Assembly: GCA_964035545.1 (NCBI GenBank)
Contig: OZ037765.1
Location: 4,846,698-4,910,697, forward strand
Reading direction: 5' to 3'
DNA: 64,000 nt
From: Bugula neritina
Lineage: Eukaryota; Animalia; Bryozoa
The position numbers and the translations under genes were made by a program. The stretch's first letter is position 1. Each line of letters starts with the position of its first letter. Of this stretch, positions 63,201 to 64,000 are shown one piece after another. The notes below the pieces were generated by a model. That model was not told the origin of the DNA. It searched no databases and was given only the letters and a program-made list of their open reading frames with translations.

Positions 63201-63887
63201 GTATTAAGTAACCATTTAATGTAGTGATCCATAGCTAAAAGTAAAAATTTAAAGTGCTTATGAACACTTTAAACATATATGAGCTAAGAAACATATTAAA
63301 TATTGATAAAAAAATCAACAAGTAATAAAAAGTAGATAATAGAATTTTTATAAATACTTTTATTCTTACCGCACCGACTATCCAAACCAGCTATGAGCTT
63401 ATGTCCCTTCACACAGCTCAGCCGCACACCTGAGACTCTGAAGGTCTTCTTACTCAACGTCAGGTAGTGATGCTCATGAATTGTTCCATCTCTTTCTTTT
63501 CTACGAAGTGTTTTTGTCAGCTTCCTGAAGGATTTGCATTCTAAACTTCTGCATTCACCTGCTTACAAAACAGACAGCAGTTGTGATGATTGATCAAATA
63601 GCTAGCAATTGGTATTATATAGCAATATTCCGATTGAAAACTAGAAATATATATATATATATCTAATAATCAGTACAGTGTTAGTATAGTTATATTGTGA
63701 TAGTATAGTTATGCTGGAGTAATATATTGAATATGCTGGTAAAGTTTACTATCGCAAGTGGATGCCAGGGTAGCCGTCACGAGAAAGACTGTGAAGACAA
63801 TTCTCTTCTGTCTTTTCTCAGTTTGATATTCTGCCCGTCTGCTTATACATCTAACTGCCATGCTGGGGACGTGAAATCCTTTAATAC
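59167..63887 (-). CDS. SCUBE: SCUBE-family protein (signal peptide-CUB-EGF), 3' part only: spacer, three Cys-rich (GCC2/GCC3-type) repeat exons, CUB domain and C-tail
   Basis: Exons approx. 63887-63752 (RQKR furin-like site), 63558-63371, 62432-62277, 61851-61687 and ~61127-60966 (Cx.GTY/F..C..CP..TYQ..C..CP repeats), 60516-60310 and 60106-59954 (CUB: CGG..GYITSPNWPGEYPTNMNCLW..RRILIVIPE), 59808-59728, and 59328-59167 (LLKTLLEATADPAQYSKY..FPASFI..KIRQF..QPY, a SCUBE-type tail). The gene continues beyond the window. Confidence 0.88.
60175..60228. repeat. (TA)n microsatellite
   Basis: Pure TA run in a SCUBE intron. Confidence 0.98.
61273..61494 (-). mobile_element. Full-length SINE copy (best-preserved head)
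   Basis: Reverse complement GGGAGCAGCCGTGGTCTAGGGGTTAGAGCGTTTGCTTAGTAAACACGATGTCATGGGTTCGAACCCA aligns by eye with metazoan tRNA-Thr(AGT), including the TAGTAA anticodon loop. Core and T-rich tail follow. Confidence 0.9.
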
Positions 63888-64000
63888 CTGAATCTAAAAA
63901 ATTATTTTACAAAATAATTGACTTTATAAATAATAACAATTTTATGCAATTTTCGAAAACTGTGCTTTTTTAGAGGGTTGAAAATATTAAACAACTACTT

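Overview
AT-rich, intron-rich eukaryotic DNA from an invertebrate animal. A spiralian source is inferred from the homeobox gene type. Six protein-coding genes were assembled by hand from GT-AG exons: PBRM1/polybromo (+, 1005-18631, ~31 coding exons); a small Shisa-like six-cysteine single-pass membrane protein (+, 19462-21250); TRAPPC9 (-, 53336-22133, ~21 coding exons); WDR89 (+, 54978-58961); the 3' half of a SCUBE gene (-, running off the right edge); and a three-exon TALE-class gene with TWO Ala50 homeodomains nested on the SAME strand inside a 9.3-kb TRAPPC9 intron (42381-38801). The introns around the nested gene are rich in TALE-type ACATGTCA/TGACA motifs, and its splice phases match those of the host intron. 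A second theme is that many intronic minisatellites are anchored at intron ends, and several have amplified a core splicing signal in the sense orientation (GTAAGT x11, TACTAAC x10, a full 3' splice-site module x8). Also present are a tRNA-Thr-derived SINE family with TSDs (one copy folded into a 60-nt hairpin), two MITE-like elements, candidate PBRM1 microexons and overlapping convergent 3' ends. Exon coordinates were read by eye and may be off by a few bases. No database searches were run.
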